A stretch of 64,000 nt of DNA from Paramecium tetraurelia. Lineage: Eukaryota. Position 1 is the stretch's first letter. Every line of letters starts with the position of its first letter. The position numbers and the translations under genes are program-made. Positions 1 through 13,079 of the stretch are shown here, piece after piece. The notes beneath the pieces are model-generated. The model worked only from the letters and a program-made list of their open reading frames with translations. It searched no databases and had not been told where the DNA came from. The stretch lies in contig CT868452.1 in the NCBI GenBank assembly GCA_000165425.1, positions 1 to 64,000 of the forward strand. Direction: 5' to 3'.

Positions 1-100
1 AACCAAGCCCAGACCAAACCCCAAACCCAAACCCAAACCCAAACCCAAACCCAAGACCCAAACCCAACCCCAAACCCAAACCCAAACCCAAACCCAACCC
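1..100. repeat. Telomeric repeat tract (mixed CCCAAA/CCCCAA, C-rich strand), chromosome end
   Basis: Tandem CCCAAA with some CCCCAA and degenerate units from base 1; matches the Paramecium mixed G3T3/G4T2 telomere. Confidence 0.95.
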
Positions 101-102
101 AC

Positions 103-228
103 AAAGATCAGGTAATTGGGTATGAAGGTCTTCCGTAATTCGCCGCCTGGGATTTTTTGCCTTCTCGTATCGCCATGTAGACAGTAATATTCGTCTTGGC
201 CAAACCCGAATTTGATTATAATTAGTGA
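103..228 (+). other. Possible 3' end of a coding sequence truncated by telomere addition
   Basis: GC-richer than its flanks; open in table 6 as KDQVIGYEGLPQFAAWDFLPSRIAMQTVIFVLAKPEFDYNQ-TGA and running 5' straight into the telomere. Confidence 0.3.
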
Positions 229-552
229 ACATCTCTGGAATATTTAATATTATCTTAATTACTTTAGAATTGAAGGGATGATTTTAATGTGATAGTGCAT
301 AGCAATTCAGTTTTTATGGAAAAAATATTTAATATTTTTTGAAAAAATTGAACTGATTTGATGCGTTAAGAATAAATGAACTTCAAACTTTTTAAATGAT
401 AAAATAAAGAAAAAACAATTTATATCGTTAACTTCTTTATTTTAATTCATAGTAGAAGAACCAGTTTTTACGATATCTTTCATTCAATGCTGCTTCATTC
501 ATCCTTCAAGTAAAGGAAATTGCAGAAGGAAAAAAAAAGAAAACTCCTAATT

Positions 553-3500
553 ATGTTTATTCAGAGAATAAAAGAGCCTCAAACCAATCAAAATGAATAC
601 TATAACCATAAGGCTAAGTTATTTTAGCTCATAAATTTAACAAGAATCTAGTCATAGGAAAATATTTCGATTTAAGCTTTGAAACTTTATTTGAGATATT
701 TCTTAATTATTATAATTTTAATAGAATTAAGAAAGATATTAATTTTTTTTTTCAAAGTATTTTATTTTCTTATGAATCAACTTTAAATTAGTGATGAAGG
801 AGTAGCAGAATAATTGGTAGAATTATGTGATCAAATAAATGAGGGCATCTGGATTGATGAATGCGAGATTTTTGAGATGTTTAAAGAAATATTTGAAAAA
901 TTGAATGAGAAAGATCAAAAGGCTGCTCTTGTCTACATTAAAGCTAATTAATAAACCTTCATCTATGTAAAGAAACTCGAATTGTAATATAATACAGAAG
1001 ATGTTTCAAATGAAATCCAGGAAGTTATCGATTATAAAAAGATTTACTAATAACTNNNNNNNNNNNNNNNNNNNNNNNNNNNNNNNNNNNNNNNNNNNNN
1101 NNNNNNNNNNNNNNNNNNNNNNNNNNNNNNNNNNNNNNNNNNNNNNNNNNNNNNNNNNNNNNNNNNNNNNNNNNNNNNNNNNNNNNNNNNNNNNNNNNNN
1201 NNNNNAAAACTCTCAAAAATTTAATAAAAGTAAGATTGAATAAAAGTTTATTTCTAAAGTAAAAGAAAATAGCTAAGATTAAATTTATCTTTTTATAATC
1301 CATCATTCAATATAATTTTCATGTTAAAAAGAAGAATATCTAGATAAAGAAAAAATATCCATTTATTAAAAGTTCCAACAACATAATTATAATTTAAGTT
1401 GTTAATTATTTAAAAAAGATATTCAAATCGTTTTATAAAATGATTAAAATTGCTAATTAAAAATTTTAAGATTTATGCCTATATTTAAATTGAAAAATTA
1501 AAGAATCCAGTTCACTTAATAAAATGAAAATATTAAACCAAGTTAAGGAGGAGAATAAAATGATATCAGTTAAGATAAGGATACTACTTAGAAAAAGAAA
1601 GATGATTTGATACAGAATTGTTCATAAGAGATTCTTAATTAAGATTTTGATACGAACTTAACAACCGAATAGCAATTTGTTATATAACTTTTGTTTTAGA
1701 ATCCTTAAAGAGAATTTTATAATGAAAAAAAAAAAGATTTAGCGTTGCAATTTATACTTCAAAAGAGCGATGATATTGAAATATACATAAATGAATTAAT
1801 AAGTTAAGAATAAAATCTATCATATGGAGAAATTGTGTTATTTTTAGAATTGTTGAATCCAAAGTTCAAATAATTGATAAGAAATATCATCAAACTCTAT
1901 AAGATAAATTAATCTTTCAAGCTTTTTAGGGCATTGATGTGCTTAAACGATTATTTTATAGAAAATTATAACTTAGAAGGAAAGCAATAAGAATTCTCAT
2001 TTGAGCAATCATACTCATTTTCAAAAGAATTAATCAATGAGTTGTTGCTTTTAAATGAAGAAGAATTATTATCTTTGAAAATTCTTTTTGGAAGGAATAA
2101 ATTTCAAATGCTTTTCGTGGCAACAGTAAATTAATATTTAATTTCACAGACTAAAACCTAAAACAATTATATGAATATTCTGTAAAAATTAGTCCCAATG
2201 TGCCCTGGAAAATATAATGTTAAGATTCAAACATTCAGAGCTCTATTTTTTTGTCTAAGACCTTGGCTATTGAATTACTTACTCTCATTAAATATAAAAT
2301 AATATATTACACCTAGTGTTTTTAAAAGAACATTAATAATTATTTTTACAATTATGGTTAAAAAGGATGAATAGATATCAAAATTTATACTATCCAACTT
2401 AAATCATATTTTTGATCAGCCTTGCTATGATTTCGATTAGATTTGGAAGGCTAAAAAAAGATAAATTATCGATAAATTTAATTTCAAGTTAAACCTAATA
2501 AATTTTTTTATCTCTAATGATCTTTACGAAAATTTGTAGGAGGAATGCCGTTCATTATTTTAGGAGGATCCTTAGTTTTATAAGGAAGAGGTGGGAAAAG
2601 TAAATTACTTTGAGTGTATCCAATTAAATTCTGTTTACTTGCTTCAGAAAAATATATTTGATTAATGTCCTTTAGATGGTGGCTTTACTCTTGAGGATTT
2701 TAATATCTCATTAACTGTTATAACATCACAATAAGAAGGGAGAATAGTTCAGGATTGGATGGATAATCTAAAGGATACAGTAAAATTTAAAGCATTAATC
2801 CCTTTCTTTTTTAACATTATTAAGAGGGGGGAATCCCCAAAAAAGTTGTTGTCAATAATAACTACACACAGAAGTCAAAATAAAGAAACTTTAAAGATTA
2901 TTAGAAATATGAAGGCCTTGTTTTAATTGTTTTATAACAATTCTAATGAAGAATTAAAAGTGATGTTGCTGAAACTCTACTCAAATATGTATCCTATTCC
3001 TTTAATTTTTCAAAATCCATACTTGTAAACTGCTTAAGAGGAAATCGATTTATTCAAATTTAATGATAAGCTCTATTATGTATTTAAAAAATCCTTCACT
3101 ATCATCAATTTTTCATTAAGTGAGAAATAAGCTTAAATAGGAAAGACAGAATTGATTAATTAATTATTTTATCAATAAGAAAAATTTGAGACTTAGGATA
3201 TCTGCTAATTAAATAATAATACTATCGATATTATGTTTGATACATAATTTAACGGGTCAAGAAACTTTAGCGTAGCTGATGCTCATGGCTTAATACCTAT
3301 TGAGATTTTAGTTAAAATTTTGCCATTGTTTCGAATGTGGATTATATAATTTGATTCTGAATCTGAACTCATTGAAAATTATAACTAGTTAAATTTAATC
3401 AAGAATAATTTAGATTTATAAAATCATAAGGTATGTTTTATAATAAGAAATTACAAAGGAGAATTAGAAGAGAATACAATTAATAATGAATATACAGCAA

Positions 3501-6500
3501 TTTTAGAGCAAATTAAAAAGAAGGAATAAAACTTCATAAAATAATTGATCTAGCTTAGAGAGGTTTGGATAAATATTAAGAAGAGTTAGAATTATAGCTC
3601 GCCTAAACTTTTCTTTTTCTAGAGATTGATGATGATGAATAATCATTATTTGTTACGGAGGACAATTTTTTAAGCATTATAAAAGATTTTGATACAAAAG
3701 AAAAACAAATATCTCACTAATATTTCATCGATAGAGATATAATAATGGACTTGGAAAATGAGCTAAGCCGATTGATTTTGAAGCCTTTTGGATTTTATGA
3801 TTAGGAAGCGTTCCCTATAAGATAAATAGAATACCAACTAAAACATTTAAGAGAAAGATAAAGCAAAATTATGCAATAAGAAAATGCATTAAATAAAACT
3901 GAATCCTATATCAAAATAAATTAAAAGGGGGTTGATAATAATTAAAATAGCATAGAAATTGAAAAAATAAAATAATAACTAATCAATTTAGAGGATTCTA
4001 TAAAAAACTCTTAATTATCAAAACTTTTAATGATTTTTTGCAAAATTTTTGACTAAAATTCAAACTATATACTTTATTTATAATTTACAGATTAAATAAG
4101 AAAATTTAATGAAAGAAATACATACGAATTGTAGGAAAAAAATTAGTTAATTAATGACTAATTGATGAAACTAAAAAAAGACAGAGATCAAATTAAGCTA
4201 AAAAAAAAATGAAAGTAATTAAGAAGCTGAATCTGTTATAAATTACGATGGTAAAAATAAAGCATATAAATAATAACAGGAATACCTTAAGCAGGAGCTT
4301 AAAAAAAATTTAGAAGATATTGCATACAGGAATATTGGGATAGAAATGTTTTGGAGGGAACTGATTGCAATAAATCAAAGAAGTTTGAATAACACATGGA
4401 TTGATCCAGCAGAAAAAGCTTATGAAATGATTAAAAAAGGGGAACCTTTTGAACTTTTAGATGGGGATTCGCTTAAAATAAATGAAAAATTTTTGGAATA
4501 ACTTAAAAATAGATTCACAAATGTAGGAAAAGAAAAGGTTTTAGTATTAAGTGTTTTAGGACCTTAAAGTTCAGGAAAATCTACTATTTTAAATAAGATA
4601 TTTGGGTGCCATTTTTGGACAAGTGTTGGCAGATGTACAAAGGGCATTAATTTGAATTTGCTAAAAATTCAATTTAAGGAATAATTTAATTATTTATTTG
4701 ATTATATACTGATACTTGATTCGGAAGGATTACAAAATCCAAATTAGGTAGATCCAGAATTTGATAAAAAAATTGCTCTTTTTGTTTTAGCTATGAGCGA
4801 TATAATTTTGATAAATGTCAAAGGTGATATACATCAACAATTTAAAAATTTAGTTGAAATGTGTATTTTTACTTTGGTGTCTATGAAATCCAATCTATCC
4901 TCTATAAAACTATTAAGTTGGTGTTTTAATTAAAATAACGATGCCAACAACTATGCTCCATTTTTAAACTAAATACAGGGAATCGCCAATAATTTAAATT
5001 TAGAGTGCCATAATGAATAAGATGTAAAAAATTAAGCAATTGATTATAATGAGTTTTTGAACATTTCAAAGGACAATATTTAAATATTAGGATTTGCGTG
5101 TATTGAGAAACTATGGAGAAAAAATTTAAGTTTAGGTCTAACTAAAGATTGGAGATAATTAATAATTAATGAAACCTATTCAGAGGAAGCTTATCTTTAT
5201 GGGATAAGAATGATTAGAGATTTTATTAAAAAGTTTGAATACCAAACAGACACACCTCAAATGTAAAGTCTAAGCTTATTCATATAAAATATAAATACTA
5301 ATTGGTAAACTATATGTAATTTACCTGATTTATTGGAATTTGCAGAATTAATTTAATACAAGCAGGATTAATTAATGAAAAGTAAATTTGAACAAATTTA
5401 CAATTAAGAAAGTTTTAGTTTTAAAAATGAAATTAGAATTGAAATTCATGATAGAGTGAGAAGTAGTAATGTGAAAAATTTGGCTTTGTTTTATTAAATT
5501 TATGATGAGAAAAATGAAGACCTTAGAATAAGGTTTCACCAGATTGAATAAGATATATAATAGTAACTAACATTATTTAAATATGATAAATAAATTTAGA
5601 AAAAAATTTACCTTAAATACATAAAGCAATTAAACCAGCGTATTAATAGCTCATTAAAAGATTCAGAAGTTATGGTATTTGAAGAGATAAAAAATATCGA
5701 AAGGGAGTATTAAAATATAAAAGGATTCAAGTTGCTTGATGATTTTATTCTTGAAATTAGCAAAGATCCAGCATAACTTACTAAACTAAAAGAAAATGAT
5801 GATTAAATTGTTATTGAATTTAATAAATTATGGGGAGAAATAACAAGTGAATCGGAATAACAACAAAATGAAATATTAAAAGAGTATTCTACCAAATAAT
5901 ATCAATGTATTTCCTCTTCATTTAATGAGTACAGATTAACTACAGATAATGAGAAAAATTATATTTCCTTGTTTCTTGAGAAAATTAATAATCATTCTCC
6001 ATTTCAAAAAGATTTAGATGAAAGAATTTAAATTTATGAAATATTTGAAAACGAGTTACACAATTAAGTTTAATTTCGACCAATTGTTAATTCATAAGAA
6101 ACAATGAGATATTCAGAGATTTTTAATTAAAATTTAAAAGTTCGAATGAATAAACCTAAGACTAAATATGATGTAATGGATATAAAAAACTTCTATCTAT
6201 TTCAAATGACAATATATTATGTATAATAAGCAAATTTAAATGATTACATATATAAGGAAAAAAAAAAAGATGAAAAACGCAATAAAGAGAAATGCACAGG
6301 CAAAGAAAAAGAAGGATTAATTGGAGATTTAATTAAAATATTGGAATAAACCCAAAGTTCTTAATAATTAATAAGGGTCAGGTAATGTTAAGATTCATAT
6401 TAGAATGCAGCACAATAAAATAATCAAAATATCAGTTACAATCTCAGGAAAACTGCACCAATTTTTAATCAATTTGATTAAGATTAAGATTAGAATGCCG

Positions 6501-9262
6501 TAAATTAAGGTTCATATTAAAATACTTCGCATTAAGGTGAATATTAAAAGCTCAATTCTCAGATTTCAAAATTAATACTGTTATTGGATTTTTTTAATAT
6601 TGAATATGATTAAGAACTGAAGAAAAAGTTAGTTGAAACAATTCAAGATCCATCAAAGATAAAAAATTTTTTTCGTTGTACCAATTATAATGACAATGTA
6701 ATAAAAGCGTTTAAAAAATTTTTAAAGTCATGTAAATAGGTCAAAAATTAACAATAACCCTCATTGGATTATACAAAAGATACATATTTAAAAAATATAA
6801 AAGATTTCAATAAAGGCTTGACATTAGATAGCAAATAAGTATCTTTTTCTACAGAAAAGGAAGTTTAAGAATATATCCAAAATTTTGAACATATAATAAT
6901 ATTCAGAGAATTAAAAATAACTCCTTTTTCAAAAAGATATTAATAATTAGAATCCAGCTTAAAATATATATAGACGAAGGCAACTAGCTGTCAAGATAAC
7001 TTTAGAGTTAATTTTATAAAATCGTTTTCAACAGAAATGTTTGAAGAAAATTAAATATAATTGTAGAAAGATAATTGTTACAAAAATGGATTTTCAAAAT
7101 TTGAGAAAATAAATAGTTGGTAAATGATGTATTTTTCAATTTATGATGTAATTAAATCAGAAATGACAAAGTCTCATCAAAAAACTAATAAACAAGACAA
7201 TTCTGATAGTGAAGAGATTTCACAACAAAACACAAGTTTGATAAAAATAATTATGTCTAAAATTGAGTAGGAAATCATCAATTATAATAAATCTTTTGCT
7301 AATTTTGGCATAATATTAATTGGAATGGGAGAGAGATGTATATATTATTATTCCATGTTAATAATTTGGCGATTTACATGCTTTAAAAAAGGAAAAGGTC
7401 TTTAAGAAAGTACACAAAAATTTAAGAATCTTAAATAAAATTAACTGTAAAAATTTATTGCTGACATAAAATAAAATAAGACTGAATAAAGTAAATTAAA
7501 AGCAAAATCTTTTATTTGCAATTTATATCAAAGTCATATTTAACGGTTTTATATGGAGAATTAAGCCAATTTTTGTACGGATATCAAGAATAAAAATTAA
7601 ATGACAAGTACATAATTAATAAAACTGTTAGATAAAACTATTTTAGAGGATTATCAAGAAGACATTAATTTAAAAAAATATACTGATCAATAAATAGTCG
7701 AATATATAACAGATTAAACTAAATTTATTGAAAATTATGTTAAAAATAAGGTTGACCAAATAGAAGCTGAAATTAAAGATTAATATGAAAATAATTTAAG
7801 AACATTTTTATTAAAAATTTTAGGGAATGTTAATTCTAATGTACAAATTTTAAGACAACATACTGAATTTTAAAACGCTCCTGTAAAAGCAAAAGAGTAT
7901 TTTGTTCAAAATGAGAATGATAGCAACAATGATGAATTTTATGAAAGTAAACTTTTTGAATTGATAATCTAATGCCTTCTAGGTGTATCATAAAATAAGA
8001 GTAAATTTCAGGTTTCGAAAGAGTATGAAGAAATCTTTGACATTAAGACATATCAAAAGTTAGAATTCAATATTTTTGATTAATCATAGTTTTAAGAATC
8101 AGAATAATAAATTTAACTTTTACAGCCTTTCGTTTTAGAATTGTCAAATTAGTTAGATATTCATATTTTAAAAGCGAAGAAAGAAACTCTATCTTTAGGA
8201 AAATTTAATGGTGATAAAGAGCTATAAACTATCAAATTAAATATGATTGGTTGCCGTCACACTTGTCCAATGTGCAAACGGAAATGTGATTAATCTTATT
8301 CAAATGACCATAAACATAAATGTTCGAATGGTCATTAATTAAGAGGTATTTTTTATTTTGTAATTTAAAGGAATGAATGGAGTTTTAATTGATGATACCC
8401 CTTCTTTATTCACTTGTGATGAGATTGATGATGAATGTCTAATTATTACATTAGGAACAGAAGAAACAAAAAAATGGAAAGATATAAGAAAAATATATGA
8501 TGACTGGATATTTAAAGGATTGGATGAAATCGAGTAATAAACTATCAAAGAAAAAATGATGAAAGTATGGAATTAAGGAACTGGAAAAATGGTATGTGAG
8601 TAGTTAAAAATAAAGTTAAAAAGGCAGGACATCAAATTTTTGTAAAAAAGGTAATTCAAAGAAGTAATTAATTCACCAAAAATTCATTATATTTTTATGA
8701 TTGATGATTCAGGGTCAATGAGTGGAAGTCCTTGGAACACTGCGAAAAATTGTTGTTTAAATTGCCTCTCAACAATAGAGAAAAATTTAAATGCTAGAGT
8801 GAGTGTTATTATTTTTAATTCAACTGCTAGAATTGCTATTAATTGTGAAATTGTCAATTTGGTTGAAATGGAGAAAAAAATACAATTTAATAGTGGGAGC
8901 ACTGATTTTGGTTCAGCATTTTAATAAGCATACAAATTAATTGTTCAGCACTAAAATGATGCATTTTAAAAGTTAATGTTTTAAATATATTTAGAACTGA
9001 AGTTTTATTTTACACTGATGGTGGAGCAGCCTATCCAAAGGAATAAGTCAAATTATTTACAGAAATTCCAGACCATTAAAAAGCTAGAATATTCATCCAT
9101 TGCTGTACTGAAGAAGCAAATGCCACATCATTATAAATGATTGTAAATGAAATGAATAGAAGCCTAATAAAATCCGAGTTAAAGCAAAAGTTTTAAGTAG
9201 CTGAACTTTAAAAGACTTGGGCTGAAGTAGTGAGTAGAGAATACCATAACCTAAAGGGATGA
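553..9262 (+). CDS. Giant GVIN1/VLIG (URGCP-like, GB1/RHD3 family) GTPase with Cys/His cluster and C-terminal vWA domain; several homopolymer frameshifts, start uncertain (may extend to ~316)
   Basis: P-loop VLSVLGPQSSGKSTILNKIFG (G1 at 4559-4585), G2 GRCTKG, G3 ILDSEGLQ, IGIEMFWREL, degenerate first G domain QIGKTELINQLF (~3130-3170), GCRHTCPMCKRKC..HKHKCSNGH (~8250-8335), vWA FMIDDSGSM, STDFGSAF and FYTDG; introns 8346-8370 and ~8972-8994; TGA at 9260-9262. Confidence 0.88.
1056..1205. other. Assembly gap (150 N)
   Basis: Run of N inside the GVIN-like gene. Confidence 1.
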
Positions 9263-10185
9263 TAAATAAAATTTCAAAAATAATATTTTTATTTAAACAA
9301 TTTTAAATAATTTTGATTTAATTAATTGACATCAATGATTAGAATCCTTATTTATGTATAATTGAGTATTTAAGTAGAATAGTTGAAATTATAAGATCAA
9401 TAGTATTTTGAGACGATTAATATATCATCGATTAATTTGGAACTTCAAGAAGTTGATTTAGAAGTTCTGTCATAATAACCCATGATAAATGGAATTCTTT
9501 TAATATCAATTCTAAGTATGATCTTGAACTATAATTAGAGTGAAACTAAGAATTGAGATGATAATAAAATAATAAGGGAATTTATTACAAATTCTCTTAA
9601 TCAAAATAATAACATCAAGAAATTATAACATGTTTTGAATTAAAGTAAAATAATTACAATCTTAAATTGATTTAAAAACAACAAATTTAAGTGTATTCCA
9701 AATTCTTTATTAAATTATTCATTTCATATCAGAATAATATTCTCTGTAGAAAATGGAAGAACAATAAAAAGATAATTAATAATAACACTATTTTCTAAAG
9801 ATCAATATTTATTTTTTACTATTGTAATACTTTAAGAAATAATTACATTAATCTCTTTATTAGTATTATTCTCAACTCACTCTAAAATTCTCTCTCAATG
9901 ATAAATATAGACGAAATAAGTCACTTTTGAAAATTTTAACTCATTTTCTCAGTATATTCTTATCTCTCTACAATTAAAAGTTGAAATACTAGAAAGGTTA
10001 ATAAAGCAAAAATAGATCAAGTACTTAAAATAAGAGTTACAATAGCAACCAAAAATCGCCAATATCAACTCCAGGGCTCTCAATTGCCCAATTTGATTAT
10101 CAAAAAAATTATATATAAAATAATTATTATTTAAATTCTTTAAAATATAATTAATCAAAAAAAATAAAATATTTCTTCTAATTAA

Positions 10186-10997
10186 ATGTCAGATATTGAT
10201 TAATGGATAGAAACACTAAAAAATGGAGAGATCCTGAAGGAAACGGACGTCAAAATATTATGTAACAAGGCAAAGGATATACTAAACAATGAGGATAATG
10301 TAATAAGAGTTGAAGACTGTAAAATAAATTACTATATAGATTTGTGGAGACATTCATGGATAATTTTAAGATTTAATGGAATTATTTAAGGTAGGAGGAG
10401 ATGTTCCAGAAACTAACTACTTATTCTTGGGAGATTTTGTGGATAGAGGATATAATAGCGTGGAGACTTTTTTATTACTATTGGCTTTGAAAGTGAGATA
10501 TCCAGATTAGATTACATTGTAAATATAATTATTAAAAGAGAATTCGAGGAAATCATGAATCTAGACAAATTACTTAAGTATATGGATTTTATGATGAATG
10601 TTTGAGAAAATACAGTACTTTGAATGTTTGGAAGTATTGCACAGAAGTTTTTGATTATTTGGCATTGGCAGCAGTAGTCAATGACAACATTTTCTGCATA
10701 TATGGTGGATTGAGTCCCTACATCAAAACAATTGATGAAATTCGAATCATTAATAGAAAATAGGAAGTGCCTCATGAAGGTGTTATGTGTGACTTGATGT
10801 GGTCTGATCCTGATGGTTTTTTGTTATATTAAATGTTGTAGAAATTGAAGGATGGAGTCAGAGTGCTAGAGGGGCAGGTTTAGTTTTTGGAGCAGATGTT
10901 GTCAAGGAATTTAATCGTAGAAATGGCATTTATTTGATTTGTAGAGCATATCAACTAGCAATGGAAGGATTCAAACTGATGTTTGATAAAGCGGTAG
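10186..10997 (+). pseudogene. Ser/Thr protein phosphatase 4 (PP2A-family) catalytic subunit pseudogene
   Basis: GDIHG, GDFVDRG, RGNHE and WSDP present. Small frameshifting deletion before the first intron (~10317), HGG changed to YGG (10701), RAHQ changed to RAYQ (10949), and truncation before SAPNY. Confidence 0.88.
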
Positions 10998-11339
10998 CTG
11001 AAAAATTCAGCACGTCAAAAGCACTTTTCACTAAACATTAGCCTATAATTTAATGCAATCATTACTATAAGCATTATCAGAACTTATTCCACATTATTTA
11101 CAAGCAATTGATAAACAAGAGCCTCAATCTTGATATCTGGGTTTGTAATCTGTATTACCAAGATAAAATAAAATAACACTAGCCTATATGTTGGTTACAA
11201 ATTACTCAGGTAAGTTACAGATGTATAATACTGCTTGACTAGTATCAGTATAAGTAGTATTCTGGACAAATGCTAATTCAACATTTATACAACTTGCACA
11301 ATATGTTTTACTTTTATTATAATTGGAAGCGAACTGTCA

Positions 11340-11640
11340 GTATTAAACATTATCTGATATTTTGAGTTGCGCTAAGACGAATACGAAGTACATTATGCTA
11401 ATTATAACCAGATTTATTGGAAAGTTGATAAAAATACTTCAAGCAGTAGGATAAGAAATATACTTTTATTCTACTTAATCATTTCCATATTTATGAAAAG
11501 GTTGTTAGCAATCTACGAAAATTATTATTAAGGAAGCATCTAATAGAATAAAGTTGCCATGGTGTAGAACTAAAGTCTGTGTAGAATATGCGATATGCTT
11601 GACCGCATTCATAACAGGTTAGGTAATTGTTATAGGGTAT
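11340..11640 (+). pseudogene. Possible remnant of a RING-H2 protein
   Basis: VEYAICLTAFITGQVIV resembles the RING-H2 start ECAICLxxF; the surrounding frame is broken. Confidence 0.25.
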
Positions 11641-11779
11641 TTTAAAAAGCAGCAGCATTATAGCAGTAAGAAAAAATATGCTTTACATTTAATTGTTAAA
11701 GCACTTAAGCAATTATAATGTTAATCTAAATAGTTGCGCTCAAGAAATAACTTATATTACTCCAACATGAATTTGAATT

Positions 11780-12140
11780 ATGTAAACATAATGCTAGCAT
11801 GCATTTTAAATCAGAGAGCAATCATTTTCTATATTAAAGTTGAGAACTCTTTAGTTCATAATCATGTATAAATATTCAAAGTAAACAAACCTCGCACTTA
11901 CACCTGGGAGTTTAAGCACGATTTTCGTTTGGATTATCCATCAACAAAATTTTGAAAGAAAGAAGAAATAGTGCGGGTGCAACTATTGCAATTTAAAGTG
12001 CACAATCAAGGTGAATTAACAATATTATGATAATCATAGTAACACTTGAAACAGGAATAAATACACTAGCAAACCATTATTCTTCTTGCAGAGCAAGCGC
12101 CATCCGAACAAAAATAGATTTAGGGTGTACAAATTGTTGG
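11780..12140 (-). pseudogene. Remnant of a cysteine-rich (furin-like) surface protein
   Basis: Periodic Cys (FCSDGACS..VCQCIYSCFKCY..CTLNCNSCT) interrupted by in-frame TGA. Confidence 0.35.
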
Positions 12141-13079
12141 GTTTGAGTTCTAAAAATAAAACTAAAAATGAGAGAATGAAATTATCAATTGTGCATGAAA
12201 ATAAAAGCAGTATTTAAGAATGATATCCAAACTAAATATATGTCAAACAGCAGATAATATATCAATTCTCTAAAGCAGAGTGGTAGTAGATATGCTACAA
12301 GATAGATTAAAAAATGAACAATTTGTTCTTGCATACTCACACAGTGTTCAAGTGAAAGCATTTTGAGAAACTTTTAAGGTAGCAGTTCGAAATCATTAAA
12401 GTTTCACCTACTGTTGTGTCGTTGTTGCAATATTATAGAAAATTTGTAGTGAGCCCAACTCAAGATAAATAAGGGTACAACATATCTATGTTTTATTGCA
12501 AGACTGAACCAAATAAATTCTTCATCTCATATGTCACCTGCCTAAATATATGCTTTGATTTCAGCTAAATGTGCTCGGAATACAACTTATTTGCAGAAAT
12601 TATCTCCATCAAAGTCAAAGAGGAGCTGCTTGTGATTATTCAATTAGGATTATTTTTTTTGCATTTGACTATGATTTATAAAAGTTACTTAATGTTTATT
12701 ATAAACAAAACTGTAAAACTTAGGTTGCCAATGTCATGCTTGTACTTTCTGTTGAAAATAAGTAATTCTGAATTTGATTTAGATAATGTTCTAGTGAATT
12801 GCCTACGTTACTCAACTTGTACCTAAAAAGCTTCTGCTGTATCATGATATTTTTTCCCACTAAATTGCAAAATCTAAAGCAGTAATTCTTGCTGTTATTG
12901 TTTAACTCTTGCAATAAGACTTGAACTACTTTACTAACTTCTGGAAGTTTGCAAATTAGTATATTTCTTGAGCATATCTTATAGCTATTATGTCTTTTTT
13001 ATACTTCCATAACAATATTGTTTGTTTAATTTAATACATTTTTGCGAATAGTCTGCAATGTAATCTATAGGTCAAGTAC

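Noticed and set aside
9335..10150. Possible gene between the GVIN-like gene and PP4
   Set aside because: A coding-like start is quickly interrupted by TGA; no consistent gene model or motif.
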